Source: Hypanus sabinus (lineage: Eukaryota). Taken from it: DNA of 64,000 nucleotides. Positions 50,588-61,600 of the stretch are shown here, one piece after another. The notes beneath the pieces were generated by a model that was not told the origin of the DNA, did no database searches, and saw only the letters and a program-made list of their open reading frames with translations. The DNA is taken from assembly GCF_030144855.1 (NCBI RefSeq), contig NC_082736.1, positions 10,230,001-10,294,000 on the forward strand, in the 5' to 3' direction. Every line of letters begins with the position of its first letter. Position 1 is the first letter of the stretch. The position numbers were made by a program, and so were the translations under genes.

Positions 50588-51807
50588 GGGTATTCCCAGG
50601 CTGGGCTGGGTAGGTAGGGCGGTGAAGGCGGGGTGGGAAGGAGCTGCCGGTGAGGTGCAATGCTGCCTCTTCTCCCCATAACCGGGGGGGGGGGGTGCGT
50701 ATATCCATGTTTAGTCCCAGTCTCCTCGTGTTTGTTTTTTTTTCAGGACACGAGCCGGACGGGTTTACAAAGAGCGGCTGTTGCAGCATCCCCGAGAGAA
50801 GTGTGGCGGACACAGTTTACACTGGCAACACACACAAAATGCTGGTGGAGAGCAGCAGTCCAGGCAGCATTTACGGAAGAAGTACTTGTTTCCATAGATG
50901 CTGCCAGGCCTGTGAAGCTCCTCCAGCATTTTGTGTCTGTTGCTCGAATTTCCAGCATCTGTGGATGTTCTCTTGTTTGCGAATTTCGATGATCGTTTGC
51001 AGAAAACGTGTGATGAAAAAACAGCAATGAACCTCAGGTTACTGACCATCACCCCCTTCCAGTGAAGATGGAAACCATCCCTTTGGTATCGATCACCCCT
51101 GCACAGATGAAGTCCCAGTGATTGGGTAAATGCAAGCGGCTTTTTCCACGGGGGTTGGGAGGGACTACAACCAGAGAGCCTGAGTTAAGGGTGAAAGGTG
51201 AAAGTTTAAGGAGAACAGGAAAGGAAAATTCTTCACTCAGATGGTTGTGAGAGTGTTGGGACGAGCTGCCAGAATGAGTGGTGCATGCAAGTTTGATTTC
51301 AATATTTAAGAGAAGTTCGGATAGGTACGTGCATGTAGGGGTATGGAGCGATATGGTCCCAGAGCAGGTCGATGGGAGTGGGCAGCATAAATGATGTAGC
51401 ACGGATTAAATGGAACAAAGGGCCTGTTTCTGTGCTGCAGTTTTCTATGACTCCATGAATCTATGATTCAGAACCTTGAAACCCTGCACCTGCACCAGCT
51501 CCTCAGCCACGCATTCATTCACACCTGAAAACGCCAACAGGAATATTAGACTTCAAATCCCAACCAGCACCCCCCCCCCCCCACCCAATAAAAAATAACA
51601 TGACGCTAACAAGAAAGAAAACACTTTCTTAAAAAAAAACTGAAGGATAATAATATAAACTGCAGTCATCAGGAATGTCTTCGAATTTCGAAAATGTTGT
51701 ATCCTCGTTCAGCATCGCTGAGCTCGGCGCGTACTCCGTACTTCAGACGCAAAGGCGTAGTCTCACGACCGATGAGCCCTCTCACTAAAATTGTCACAGA
51801 TAATCCA

Positions 51808-51879
51808 TTGTTCCACCGAGACTCGAACTCGGATCGCTGGATTCAGAGTCCACAGTGCTCATCATTACACCATGGAACC
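51808..51879 (-). pseudogene. tRNA-Gln(CTG), degenerating (probable pseudogene)
   Basis: GGTTCCATGGTGTAATGATGAGCACTGTGGACTCTGAATCCAGCGATCCGAGTTCGAGTCTCGGTGGAACAA; G19A, G27-G43 and G1-A72 mismatches. Confidence 0.85.
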
Positions 51880-52077
51880 AGATGTGCTGATACGAGCAAC
51901 AAAAAAGAGGATGAATCTTAGGGTGGTATGTGGTGACACGTGTAAACATTGACAGTATATTTACATTGAACTTTATACTTCATAGAGCATGTCTTGTGAG
52001 GATATGTTGAGGAAGGGAGCAGTTTTCTGTTTGGAGGGAGTAGGATGAGACGTGACTTGAAAGAGGTATACAAGATG

Positions 52078-53188
52078 CGGACTGACTGGGAGAGCTCAGT
52101 CAGTCCAGATCGGGAGCAGCATCTCCAACACCATCACACTGAGCACGGAGGTTCCCCAGGGCTGTGTGCTCAGTCCACTGCTGTTCACTCTGCTGACCCA
52201 CGACTGTGCAGCAATACACAGCTCGAACCATATCATCAGGTTCGCCGATGAGACGACCGTGGTGGGTCTCATCAGCAAGAACGGCGAGTCAGCACACAGA
52301 GAGGAGGTACAGCGGCTAACGGACTGGTGCGGAGCCAACAACCTGTCTCTGAATGTGAACAAAACAAAAGAGATGGTTCCTGACTTCCGGAGGGCACGGA
52401 GCGACCACCCTGCGCTGAACATCGACAGCTCCTCGGTAGAGATCGTTAAAAGCATCACATTTTTTGGTGTTCACCTGACGGAGAATCTCACCTGGTCTCT
52501 CAACACCAGCTCCATAGCCAAGAAAGCACATCAGTGTCTCTACTTTATGCGACAGCTGAGAAAAGTCCATTTCCCAACCCCTTCATCACCACATTCTACA
52601 GAGGATGTACCAAGAGCTCCTGAGTCCGAAAAGAGCAACGATAGTAAAGTCAGCTGAGAAGATCAACAGGGTCTCTCTTCCCGCTATTACAGACATTTAC
52701 ACTACACGCTGCACCCGTAAATCCAATGACACTGTGAATGACCCCACGCACCCCTCATACAATATTTTCTCCCTCCTGACATCTGGAAAAAAAATACCAA
52801 AGCATTCGGGCACTGACGACCAGACTGTGCAACAGCTTCTTCCACCAAGCCATCAGAACCTTTAATACTCTGCGTCTAGACTGACATCTGCATCATTTAT
52901 TATTATATTGAAATTTGTCCTCTGCTGTGACTACTGTCTTATTTATTAATTGTACTACCCTGCACTGTTTAGTGCCCTTTATGTAGTCCTGTGTAGGTCT
53001 GTAGTCTAGTGTAGATCTTGTGTTCTCTTACATAGTATAGTGTGGCCTTGTGTTGTCTCACTTAGTCTGGTGTATTTCTGTCCTGTTTCATGAAGCACCA
53101 TGGTCCTGGAGGAACGTTATTTCGTTTATACTATGTACTTTTATACTATGTAGTTTCTGGTCGAAATGTCAATAAAAAGCGACTTGAC
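52078..53188 (+). mobile_element. Rex1/Babar LINE 3' part
   Basis: ORF 52166-52657 LSPLLFTLLTHDC...RFADETTVVGLI; ends AATAAAAAGCGACTTGAC. Confidence 0.9.
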
Positions 53189-53189
53189 A

Positions 53190-53812
53190 TGGCTTGCTGA
53201 TAGAAGGCATGTATCGATTAGACAGCTCGAACATTTTTCTTCGGGTGGACTGGCGGGAAAGAGAGGTGGGCGGTGTAATTTTCAGGTCATTGAAGGAATG
53301 CATAGCAGTGGGGGATGCCATAGGCTCTTTTTTCACTCTCAGAAAATGAATAGAATACACAGCTAGGGGTAGTGTTAGAAGCAGATACATTAGGAACATT
53401 TAAGTGACATTCCCCAGGAAGGGGGTGATTCAAAACACGAGGGCATTGGTTTGACAACAGAGCTGAGAGGTTTTAAAGTTTTAAATTTTGAAAGATTATA
53501 ATTTTTTTTTGTATAAGGACTGGAGATGGAATTTTTGAATGCGTCCAGCAGAGCGTTCTGTGCCAGTACATAAATTGTCTCCCTGGATGTTGGACAGAAG
53601 GTGGAGTAAAGTGGAAGTGGACGAGCACTTTGGAACTCGTCAGCAGAGAACACGGGATGTTTCAAATTTGTTCCGAGTAGGGATATGTTTAGTCTGGAAA
53701 TAAAGGCCATGTCATTAATTTCATTATCATAGACAGGATCTGGGAAGTATGGATCGACAGAAGCTATAGTACTGTACCTCGAAAAAGTATTTAGCCCATA
53801 ATCCTTCATTTA
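53190..53812 (-). other. Unassigned decayed coding relic, viral-glycoprotein-like
   Basis: 139-aa ORF plus an adjacent frame rich in N-X-S/T sequons and Cys; no LINE motifs. Confidence 0.35.
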
Positions 53813-54474
53813 TGGGTTTCGGCTCCACTGTGGGAATCGGCCTCTCCTCTTCCTGCCCACGGAACAGTAAGTGTCTGTCGGCGCCTCACCGCACCGGCTC
53901 TCTGCCTCAGGTACAATATTTAAACCATATTTGCACAGTTACATGGATAGGAAAGGATGAGAGGGACACGGGCCGAATGCAGGCGGTTGGGACGAGTTCA
54001 GGTCGACAACTTGGTCGGCGTGGATGAGTTTTACCGAAGGGACGGTTTCAGTTCTGTATAAATCACTGACTATTCTGGGCCGTTCAACCAGGACAGGATG
54101 TGCACAGTGAATGACAGGTTCCTGAGAAGGTTTAATGAATAGAGACTTTGTGGGTTTCAGCCCCCACACCTCCTCTGGCAGCTGATTTAGGATAGCAGCT
54201 ATTCTCCGTGTGAAATATGTACCCTTCAGATCCCCTTTAAATCTGTCTTTAATCAGCTTTGTACAATTCTAATGAGAGGCAGTTCTTTGGCTGACAAGAC
54301 AAGTACAACACACAACCCTGTCTCTCTGTGATGCCACATGCAGGTCAATGTGGTCATCAGCTTGGAGGCTACCCAGCCGGTATAAAAGGTGCTGTTCCTC
54401 CAACATGAGTTTGGATTCAATTTGATAATAGAGGAGAACATGGATAGACATATCCGAATGGGAATGGGACGTGT

Positions 54475-54689
54475 TGTGGCGACCCATTTCCTAGCGTATC
54501 CGAACCAACTCACAATTAGATAGCCTACGGGGGTTTGCGAGCACAGAGCTTTGGAGCCTCTGCGCCATGGGGGGCCGGTTGACAGAGGCTTAAAAGTGAG
54601 GCTGAAGTTTTCGAATAAAGTTTTTTCCTTCGACTGCAGTTACCGACTTCGTGTCGTAATTTTAGCGCTGCGTGTAGCACACCGCTACA
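54475..54689 (+). repeat. 5' LTR (215 bp)
   Basis: TGT...ACA, AATAAA at about 54614; 4 differences from the 3' LTR. Confidence 0.97.
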
Positions 54690-54691
54690 AT

Positions 54692-54705
54692 TGGTGACCC
54701 CGACG
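54692..54705 (+). promoter_or_regulatory. Primer binding site for tRNA-Trp
   Basis: TGGTGACCCCGACG is complementary to the tRNA-Trp 3' end ...CGTCGGGGTCA-CCA. Confidence 0.9.
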
Positions 54706-54729
54706 GTCCAAACGATTTTTGGACCAGAA

Positions 54730-55419
54730 ATGACCGACGCCGCCTCTGTTCATGCGGTTTCGTTGAAACTGCCAGGTTTCTGGACACAGCGCCCGGACCT
54801 ATGGTTCCAGCAAGCCGAAGCCCAATTCCACGTTCGCCAGATCACCTCAGAAGACACCCGCTACTACTATGTGGTGAGCTCCCTCGACCAGGACACAGCG
54901 GCCCAGGTCGCGGAGTTCGTACAGTCGCCCCCGGCAGACGGCAAGTACACGGAATTCAAAGCCCTGCTCCTCAGGACTTTCGGACTCTCACGGCGCAAGC
55001 GGGCTGCCCGTTTACTGCACCTGGATGGCTTGGGCGACAGACCTCCATCGGCTTTAATGAATGAGATGTTGTCTCTCGCCGACGAACACACACCCTGCCT
55101 CATGTTTGAGCAGGCATTCCTGGAGCAGCTGCCCGAGGACATCCGCCTGCTGCTGTCCGACGCGGATTTCAGTGACCCCCGGAAGGTGGCAGCCCGGGCG
55201 GACTTGCTGTGGAACGCCAAAAAGGTGAGCGGGGCGTCCATCGCACGGATATCTCAGCCCCGCTCCCGGCAGCAAACCAGTCCAGGCCCGGCCGCAGAGC
55301 CCGCTAACCCCCGGCCCAATGAACACTGGTGCTTCTACCACCAGCGGTGGGGTGCAGAAGCCCGCCGTTGTCGCCCGCCCTGCAAGTTCCCGGGAAACGC
55401 CAGGGCCAGCCGCCGCTGA
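54730..55419 (+). CDS. gag: Gag (229 aa, open frame) with CHCC knuckle
   Basis: VSLKLPGFW...WFQQAEAQF N-terminus; CFYHQRWGAEARRCRPPC = C-X2-H-X9-C-X3-C. Confidence 0.9.
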   Translation: MTDAASVHAVSLKLPGFWTQRPDLWFQQAEAQFHVRQITSEDTRYYYVVSSLDQDTAAQVAEFVQSPPADGKYTEFKALLLRTFGLSRRKRAARLLHLDGLGDRPPSALMNEMLSLADEHTPCLMFEQAFLEQLPEDIRLLLSDADFSDPRKVAARADLLWNAKKVSGASIARISQPRSRQQTSPGPAAEPANPRPNEHWCFYHQRWGAEARRCRPPCKFPGNARASRR

Positions 55420-55449
55420 TGGCTACGGCGGCTGGCCATCGGGATAGCC
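55392..55449 (+). promoter_or_regulatory. -1 programmed ribosomal frameshift signal (slippery heptamer and stem/pseudoknot)
   Basis: G GGA AAC in gag phase, 5-nt spacer, 12-bp stem 55404-55415/55426-55437, loop GGCTA complementary to TAGCC 55445-55449. Confidence 0.85.
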
Positions 55450-58419
55450 TCCTGTATGTGTGGGATAGAAGGTCGGGACGCCGGTTTTTGGTCGATACTG
55501 GGGCTGAGATCAGCGTTTTACCTCAAACGAGTTACGACACCCGCAGCAGGGCACCGGGTCCCCCCCGAGGGCCGTGAATGGCAGCACCGTAAGGACCTAT
55601 GGCACCCGCCAGGTGCAGCTACAGTTCGGCTCCAGCCAGTTCACGTGGGACTTCACACTGGCCGCCGTAGCCCAACCGCTTCTGGTTGCGGATTTTTTGC
55701 GGGCTCACAGCCTGCTGGTCGACCTGCCCAGGAAGAGACTGGTACACGCCGAGACCTTTCAGACGTTCTCCCTGGGTGCAGCCCAGTTGCCGGCCCCTCA
55801 CCTCGGCTCCATCACGCTGTCCGACAACGACTTAACCAGGGTCCTGGCGGAGTTCCCATCGGTTCTGGCACCGCAGTTCACAGCAGCCATGCCCAGGCAC
55901 GGCGTACAGCACCACATCCCGACCCAGGGACCACCCCTCCATGCCCGTGCTCGGCGGCTTCCCCCGGACAAGCTCCGACTGGCGAAGGAGGAGTTCCAGA
56001 GGATGGAGGAATTGGGGATCATCCGGCGGTCCGACAGCCCATGGGCCTCCCCCCTGCACATGGTGCCCAAAGCGACGGGGGGCTGGAGACCGTGCGGCGA
56101 CTACCGCAGGCTGAACGAGGCTACCACACCGGACCGCTACCCTGTGCCGCACATTCAGGACTTTGCGGCAAACCTGCACGGCGCACGGATCTTCTCCAAG
56201 GTAGATCTCGTCCGGGGATACCATCAAATCCCGATGCATCCTGACGACGTCCCCAAAACGGCTCTCATCACCCCATTCGGCCTTTTCGAGTTCCTCCGCA
56301 TGCCGTTCGGCCTGAAGAATGCCGCACAGACGTTCCAGCGGTTAATGGACGCGGTGGGACGGGACCTGGACTTCGCGTTCATCTATTTGGATGACATCCT
56401 CATAGCCAGCGGCAGTCGTCAGGAGCATCTGTCCCACCTCCGTCAACTCTGCGCCCGACTGAGTGAGTACGGTCTTACAATCAACCCTGCCAAATGTCAG
56501 TTCGGACTCGATACCATTGACTTCCTGGGCCACAGAATTACTAAAGACGGGGTAACCCCTCTGCCCGCTTCCCCCGACCCACCACGATCAAAGGCCTTCA
56601 GCAATTCGTAGGTATGGTCAATTTCTACCGCCGCTTCCTCCCTTCAGCTGCCCGGATCATGCGCCCCCTGTTCGCCCTGATGTCGGGTCCAATCAAGGGC
56701 ATTAACTGGGACGAGGAGTCCGCCGCCGCTTTCGTTCAAACGAAGGAAGCTTTGGCGGACGCCGCAATGCTAGTACACCCCTACTGCCCTCACAGTGGAC
56801 GCATCCAACACGGCAGTCGGTGGGGTGCTGGAGCAGCTCATCGCAGGTCGCTGGCAACCCCTGGCGCTTTTCATCAAACACCTGCGACCACCCGAGCTTA
56901 AGTACAGTGCTTTCGACCGGGAACTGTTGGCGCTGTACCTGGCAATCCGGCATTTCAGGTACTTCCTAGAAGGTCGGCCCTTCACCGCGTTCACGGACCA
57001 CAAACCGCTTACCTTTGCGTTTACGAAAGCATCCGACCCCTGGTCATCCCGCCAGCAACGCCACCTGTACTACATCTCTGAATACATGACGGATGTCCGG
57101 CACGTCTCGGGTAAGGACAATGTCGTGGCGGATGCGCTCTCTCGCCCTACCGTTCATGCCCTTTCCCAAGGGGTAGACTTTGAGGCACTGGCAGAGGCGC
57201 AGCAGGCGGATGAGGAGATTCCGAGTTACAGGACCGCAGTCTCCGGTCTGCAGCTCCAGGACCTCCCCGTGGGCCCAGGTGAGAGGACCCTACTCTGTGA
57301 CGTCGCCACCGGCCAGCCCCGTCCAGTCGTCCCGACAGCATGGCGGCGCCGCGTTTTCGACTCCATTCATAACTTGGCGTAACCCTCCATCCGGACAACT
57401 GTCCGGATGGTTTCCAGCAGGTTCGTTTGGCACGGACTCCGCAAACAGGTCAGTGAATGGGCCAGAACGTGCATGCACTGCCAGACGGCCAAGGTGCAGC
57501 GGCACACCAAAGCCCCACCGCAGCAGTTCCATCCCGCCCACCGGCGTTTCGACCACATTCATGTGGATATCGTGGGCCCCCTGCCAGTGTCGCGGGGAGC
57601 GCGTTACCTCCTGACTATCGTGGACAGGTTCACAAGATGGCCAGAGACAGTCCCGCTCACCGGCACCACCTCCGAATCTTGCGCCCGAGCCCTGATCGCC
57701 ACCTGGTTATCTCGCTTTGGTGTACCAGCCCACATTACCTCCGACAGAGGCGCCCAGTTCACCTCCAGCCTGTGGTCAGCTATGGCCAGCCTTTTGGGGA
57801 CTCAGCTGCACCACACAACTGCCTACCACCCACAGTCGAACGGGCTAGTGGAGCGTTTCCACCGTCACCTGAAGTCGGCCCTCATGGCCTGCCTGCGAGG
57901 AGCCAACTGGGCGGACGAGCTTCCCTGGGTCCTACTCGGCATCCGCACAGCGCCCAAGGACGACCTGCACGCCTCGTCGGCCGAATTGGCCCCTGGTCGT
58001 CCCCGGGGAGTTCCTACCAGCCCCAAGGGTGCAAGAGGAAGAACCCGCAGTAGTCCTGGGCAGACTACGCGAGAAGCTCGGTAACCTGGCCCCCATACCC
58101 ACTTCACAGCATGGGCGGCACCCGACCTGCGTACCCAAAGACCTACAGAACTGTAAGGGGCGGGCATCGGCCACCGCTGCAGCGGCCATACGAGGGGCCG
58201 TTTATGGTGCTCCGGAACAATGGGTCCACGTTCGTGCTGGACGTTGGGGGGAAGGAGGAGGTTTTCACGGTGGACCGCCTCAAACCGGCCCATGTGGACC
58301 TGGCGCAACCGGCCGAGTTTCCGGCGCCTCGGCGCAGAGGCCGACCTCCCAAGCAGGTTCTGGCCCAGACTGTGGACATTGGGGGGTGTATCGCCGGTTC
58401 TGGTTGGGGGGGGGGGTTA
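55392..58419 (+). pseudogene. pol: pol (protease, RT, RNase H, integrase), disrupted
   Basis: LVDTGA, YLDD, DAS...YSAFDRELLA...TDHKPL, HVDIVGP/SDRGAQF/NGLVER; frameshifts near 55570, 56570, 56780, 57990 and 58155; stop at 57380-57382. Confidence 0.93.
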
Positions 58420-58634
58420 TGTGGCGACCCATTTCCTAGCGTATCCGAACCGACTCACAATTAGATAGCCTACGGGGGTTTGCGAGCACAGAGCTTTGGA
58501 GCCTCTGCGCCATGGGGGGCCGGTTGACAGAGGCTTAAAGGTGAGGCTGAAGTTTTCGAATAAAGATTTTTCCTTCGACTGCAGTTACCGACTCCGTGTC
58601 GTAATTTTAGCGCTGCGTGTAGCACACCGCTACA
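58420..58634 (+). repeat. 3' LTR (215 bp), preceded by a G-run PPT (58406-58416)
   Basis: Direct repeat of 54475-54689; followed by TSD GTGT 58635-58638. Confidence 0.97.
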
Positions 58635-61600
58635 GTGTCACCTTTCCAGCTCTTAGCTTCATCCCACCCCCTCCGGTCTTCTATCATTTTGCATTTCCCC
58701 CTACCCCCACTACTTTCAAATCTCTTACTATCTTTCCTTTTGGTTCGTCCTGACGAAGGGTCTCAGCCGGAATCATTAACAGCGCTTCTCCCTATAGATT
58801 CTGCCTGGCCTGCTGTGTTCCACCAGCATTTTCTGTGTGTTGTTGTTTAAAAATCGATTGTCCTGTGTTCTGAGTGTTTTTGGTAAGTCCATCCTGAAGT
58901 TCTGTGTTTTAGGTTCCCACTGAGATTTCACAGTCAGTGTTTTCTGCATGTCAATACTGACCATCAAGAATCTGTCTGTACTAACTCAGCAATTGGTCTA
59001 TCTCCTACCGTGCACTGGTGATTCAAATGCTCATTCAGATGGTCCTGCACCAACCCCACAGGCAGTGTGTTCCAGATTGTAACCTCCTTCATTTTTCCAG
59101 CTGGTCCACATCCCACATCAAGATTTGCTAGCCATCTTTGCTGTCCATCATGCCGCTAATCTTGGTGTCATCTGCAAACTTGCTGATCCAGTTTACCGCA
59201 TTCTCATCCAGATCGTTCATACAGATGGAAAACAACAATGGACCCAGCACTGGGAGTTAAACCAGGGCAGGATGAACACAGTAATGACAGCTTCCAGGGA
59301 AGTGTTCATGAACAGAGACTTTGTGTGTATTTGCCTCCACCAGCTCCTCTGGCAGGTCATTTGGGATACCGGCTATTCTCTGTGTCAAAAATTTACCCTT
59401 CAGTTCCCCTTAAAACCACCCCCTCACCTTATAACAATTCCCTTCAGCTTTAGGCAGCACACCACGGTAAACAGTCTCTGTCACTCTAAACCTTGTACGC
59501 CTCACATAATTTTATCCGCTTCCATCAGCTCACCCTTTCAACCTCCACCCTGTCACGTCAAAACTATTCCGTGCTGTTTCAGGATTGAGAAAATGGTTCC
59601 TTCCCTAGAAGACCCTGGGGACTGAATAGTTTCTGCCTACGCATTCCTGGAAGAAGTCCCATTGATCCATGAAACCTGCACTCTGCCCTCTGCACCAGCT
59701 CCTCAGCCTCACATTCATCAGTGGTATCTGTCTATATCTCCCTGCACTAACAAGTGTCACTGGGAGTAATATAGAGCTTACTCGTTTTGATTTTCTGTCT
59801 TATTTTTCTTAATTCACTGCACAGGACCACATCCCTCCTCCTCCCTATGTTGCTATTACCAACATGCACTGTCCACCACGATGTCCGGCTGTTCAACCTT
59901 CCCTTTGAAATGTCCTGCAGTTGCTCCTGGACCATTGGACCATAAGACACAGGAGCAGAATTAGGCCGTTTGGCCCATCTCATCTGCTGCCCATTCTGCA
60001 AGGAGTAAGAGATCATGACAGATTATTAAACCCTCTGAAACACTTTTATCCGGGAATTTGTTAATTTAGCAGCAGCAGTTCAATGCAGTACATGATAATA
60101 TGGATTACAGTATGTGTGTATATATGGATATGTATATGTATATTAAGTAGATTAAAATAGAGCAAAGCTGAAATAATATATAAATAATATATATAGAATA
60201 CATCTACAGCAGATTTTGGGTGTTTTAAAGTGACAAACCAAATATCTGCAAACCCCTGATGAAATACATCTGCTGTCTTGCCTTCTTTATACTGTAGCTG
60301 CATCAATAGATCCTCAAAGATATTGACACCCAGGAACTTGAAATTGTTCACTGTCCACTTCTGATCCCTCTATGAGGATTGGTTCATGTTCCCTCTTCTT
60401 ACCCTTCCTTCAATCAGCTGTTTTCTCTTACTGACATTGAGCACAAGGTTGTTGCTGCGACACCACTCAACTAACTGGTATATCCCATTCCTGTATGTCC
60501 AATCATCTCCATCTGAGATTCTGCCAACAATGGTTGTATGAGGCATATTTATAGATTGCATTTGAGCTATACTTAGTCACATAGTCATGGGTATAGAGGG
60601 AGGAGAGCAGTTGGCTAACGGCACATTCTTGAGGTGCATCAGGGCCAGTGTTGTTCCTCAGCGAAGAGGAGATATTTGAATTTGAATTGACTTTATTTTT
60701 TGCATCTTTCACGTACATGAGGAGTAAAAATCTACGTTATGTCTCCATCTAAATGTGCAATGTGCAATCATAGTAATTTGTACTAATTGATAATAAATAG
60801 TACAGTCAATGTACATAGAGGTTCCCTCAAATCAGCGTGAGTTAATCAGTCTGATAGCCTGGTGGAAGGAGCTGTCCAGCAGCCTGTTGGTCGTCTTTTA
60901 TGCAGCATTACTGTTTCCTGGCTGATTGCTGCTGGAGTAGATTGTGTTTGAAGTGACTTGGGTCCACAATGATCCTTCGGGCCCTTTTCTCACACTGGTC
61001 TTTGTAAATGTCCTGAGTCATGGGAAGTTCACAACTACAGATGCGCTGGGCTGTCCACGACACACTCTGCAGACTCCTGCGATTAAGGGAGGTATGGTTC
61101 CCATACTAGCCAGTGATGCAGCCAGTGGGGATGCTCCCAATTGTGCCCCTGTAGAAAGTTCTTAGGATTTGGGGGCCCATAGCAAACTTCCTCAGTCATC
61201 TGAAGTGAAAGAGGCGCTGTTGTACCTTTTCCACCAATCAGCAGAAACGTACAGACCACGTGAGATCTTCGGGTATGTTGCTGCAGAGAAACTTAAAGCT
61301 GTTTACCCTCTCAACTCCAGATCCATTGATGCCAATAGGGGTTAGCCCATCTCCATTAATCCACACAATCTGTGTGGATTATCACCAATCCACACAGATT
61401 GTGGTTTCCTGGTTAGGAGGTCGAGGATCCAATTGCAGAGGGACTAGGTTCTGCAGCTTATTGATCAGGACTGTGGGAATGATGGTGATAAACGCTGAGC
61501 CCTGGTCAGTGAACAACATCCTGACATAGGCAGCACAAATTCACTACCCTTTACTCAGGAAATTGCTCCTTATCTTTGTTATAATGGTATGTCCTAGTAT

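Larger units (their letters stand above)
54475..58634 (+). mobile_element. Near full-length, defective Ty3/Gypsy LTR retrotransposon, CsRn1-like
   Basis: Two 215-bp LTRs, TSD GTGT, PBS, gag, PR-RT-RH-IN order, PPT. Confidence 0.97.

Noticed and set aside
55456-56244. 262-aa alternative-frame ORF within Gypsy pol, and similar overlapping ORFs to 58468
   Set aside because: Expected by chance in GC-rich coding sequence; the domain motifs lie in the pol frames
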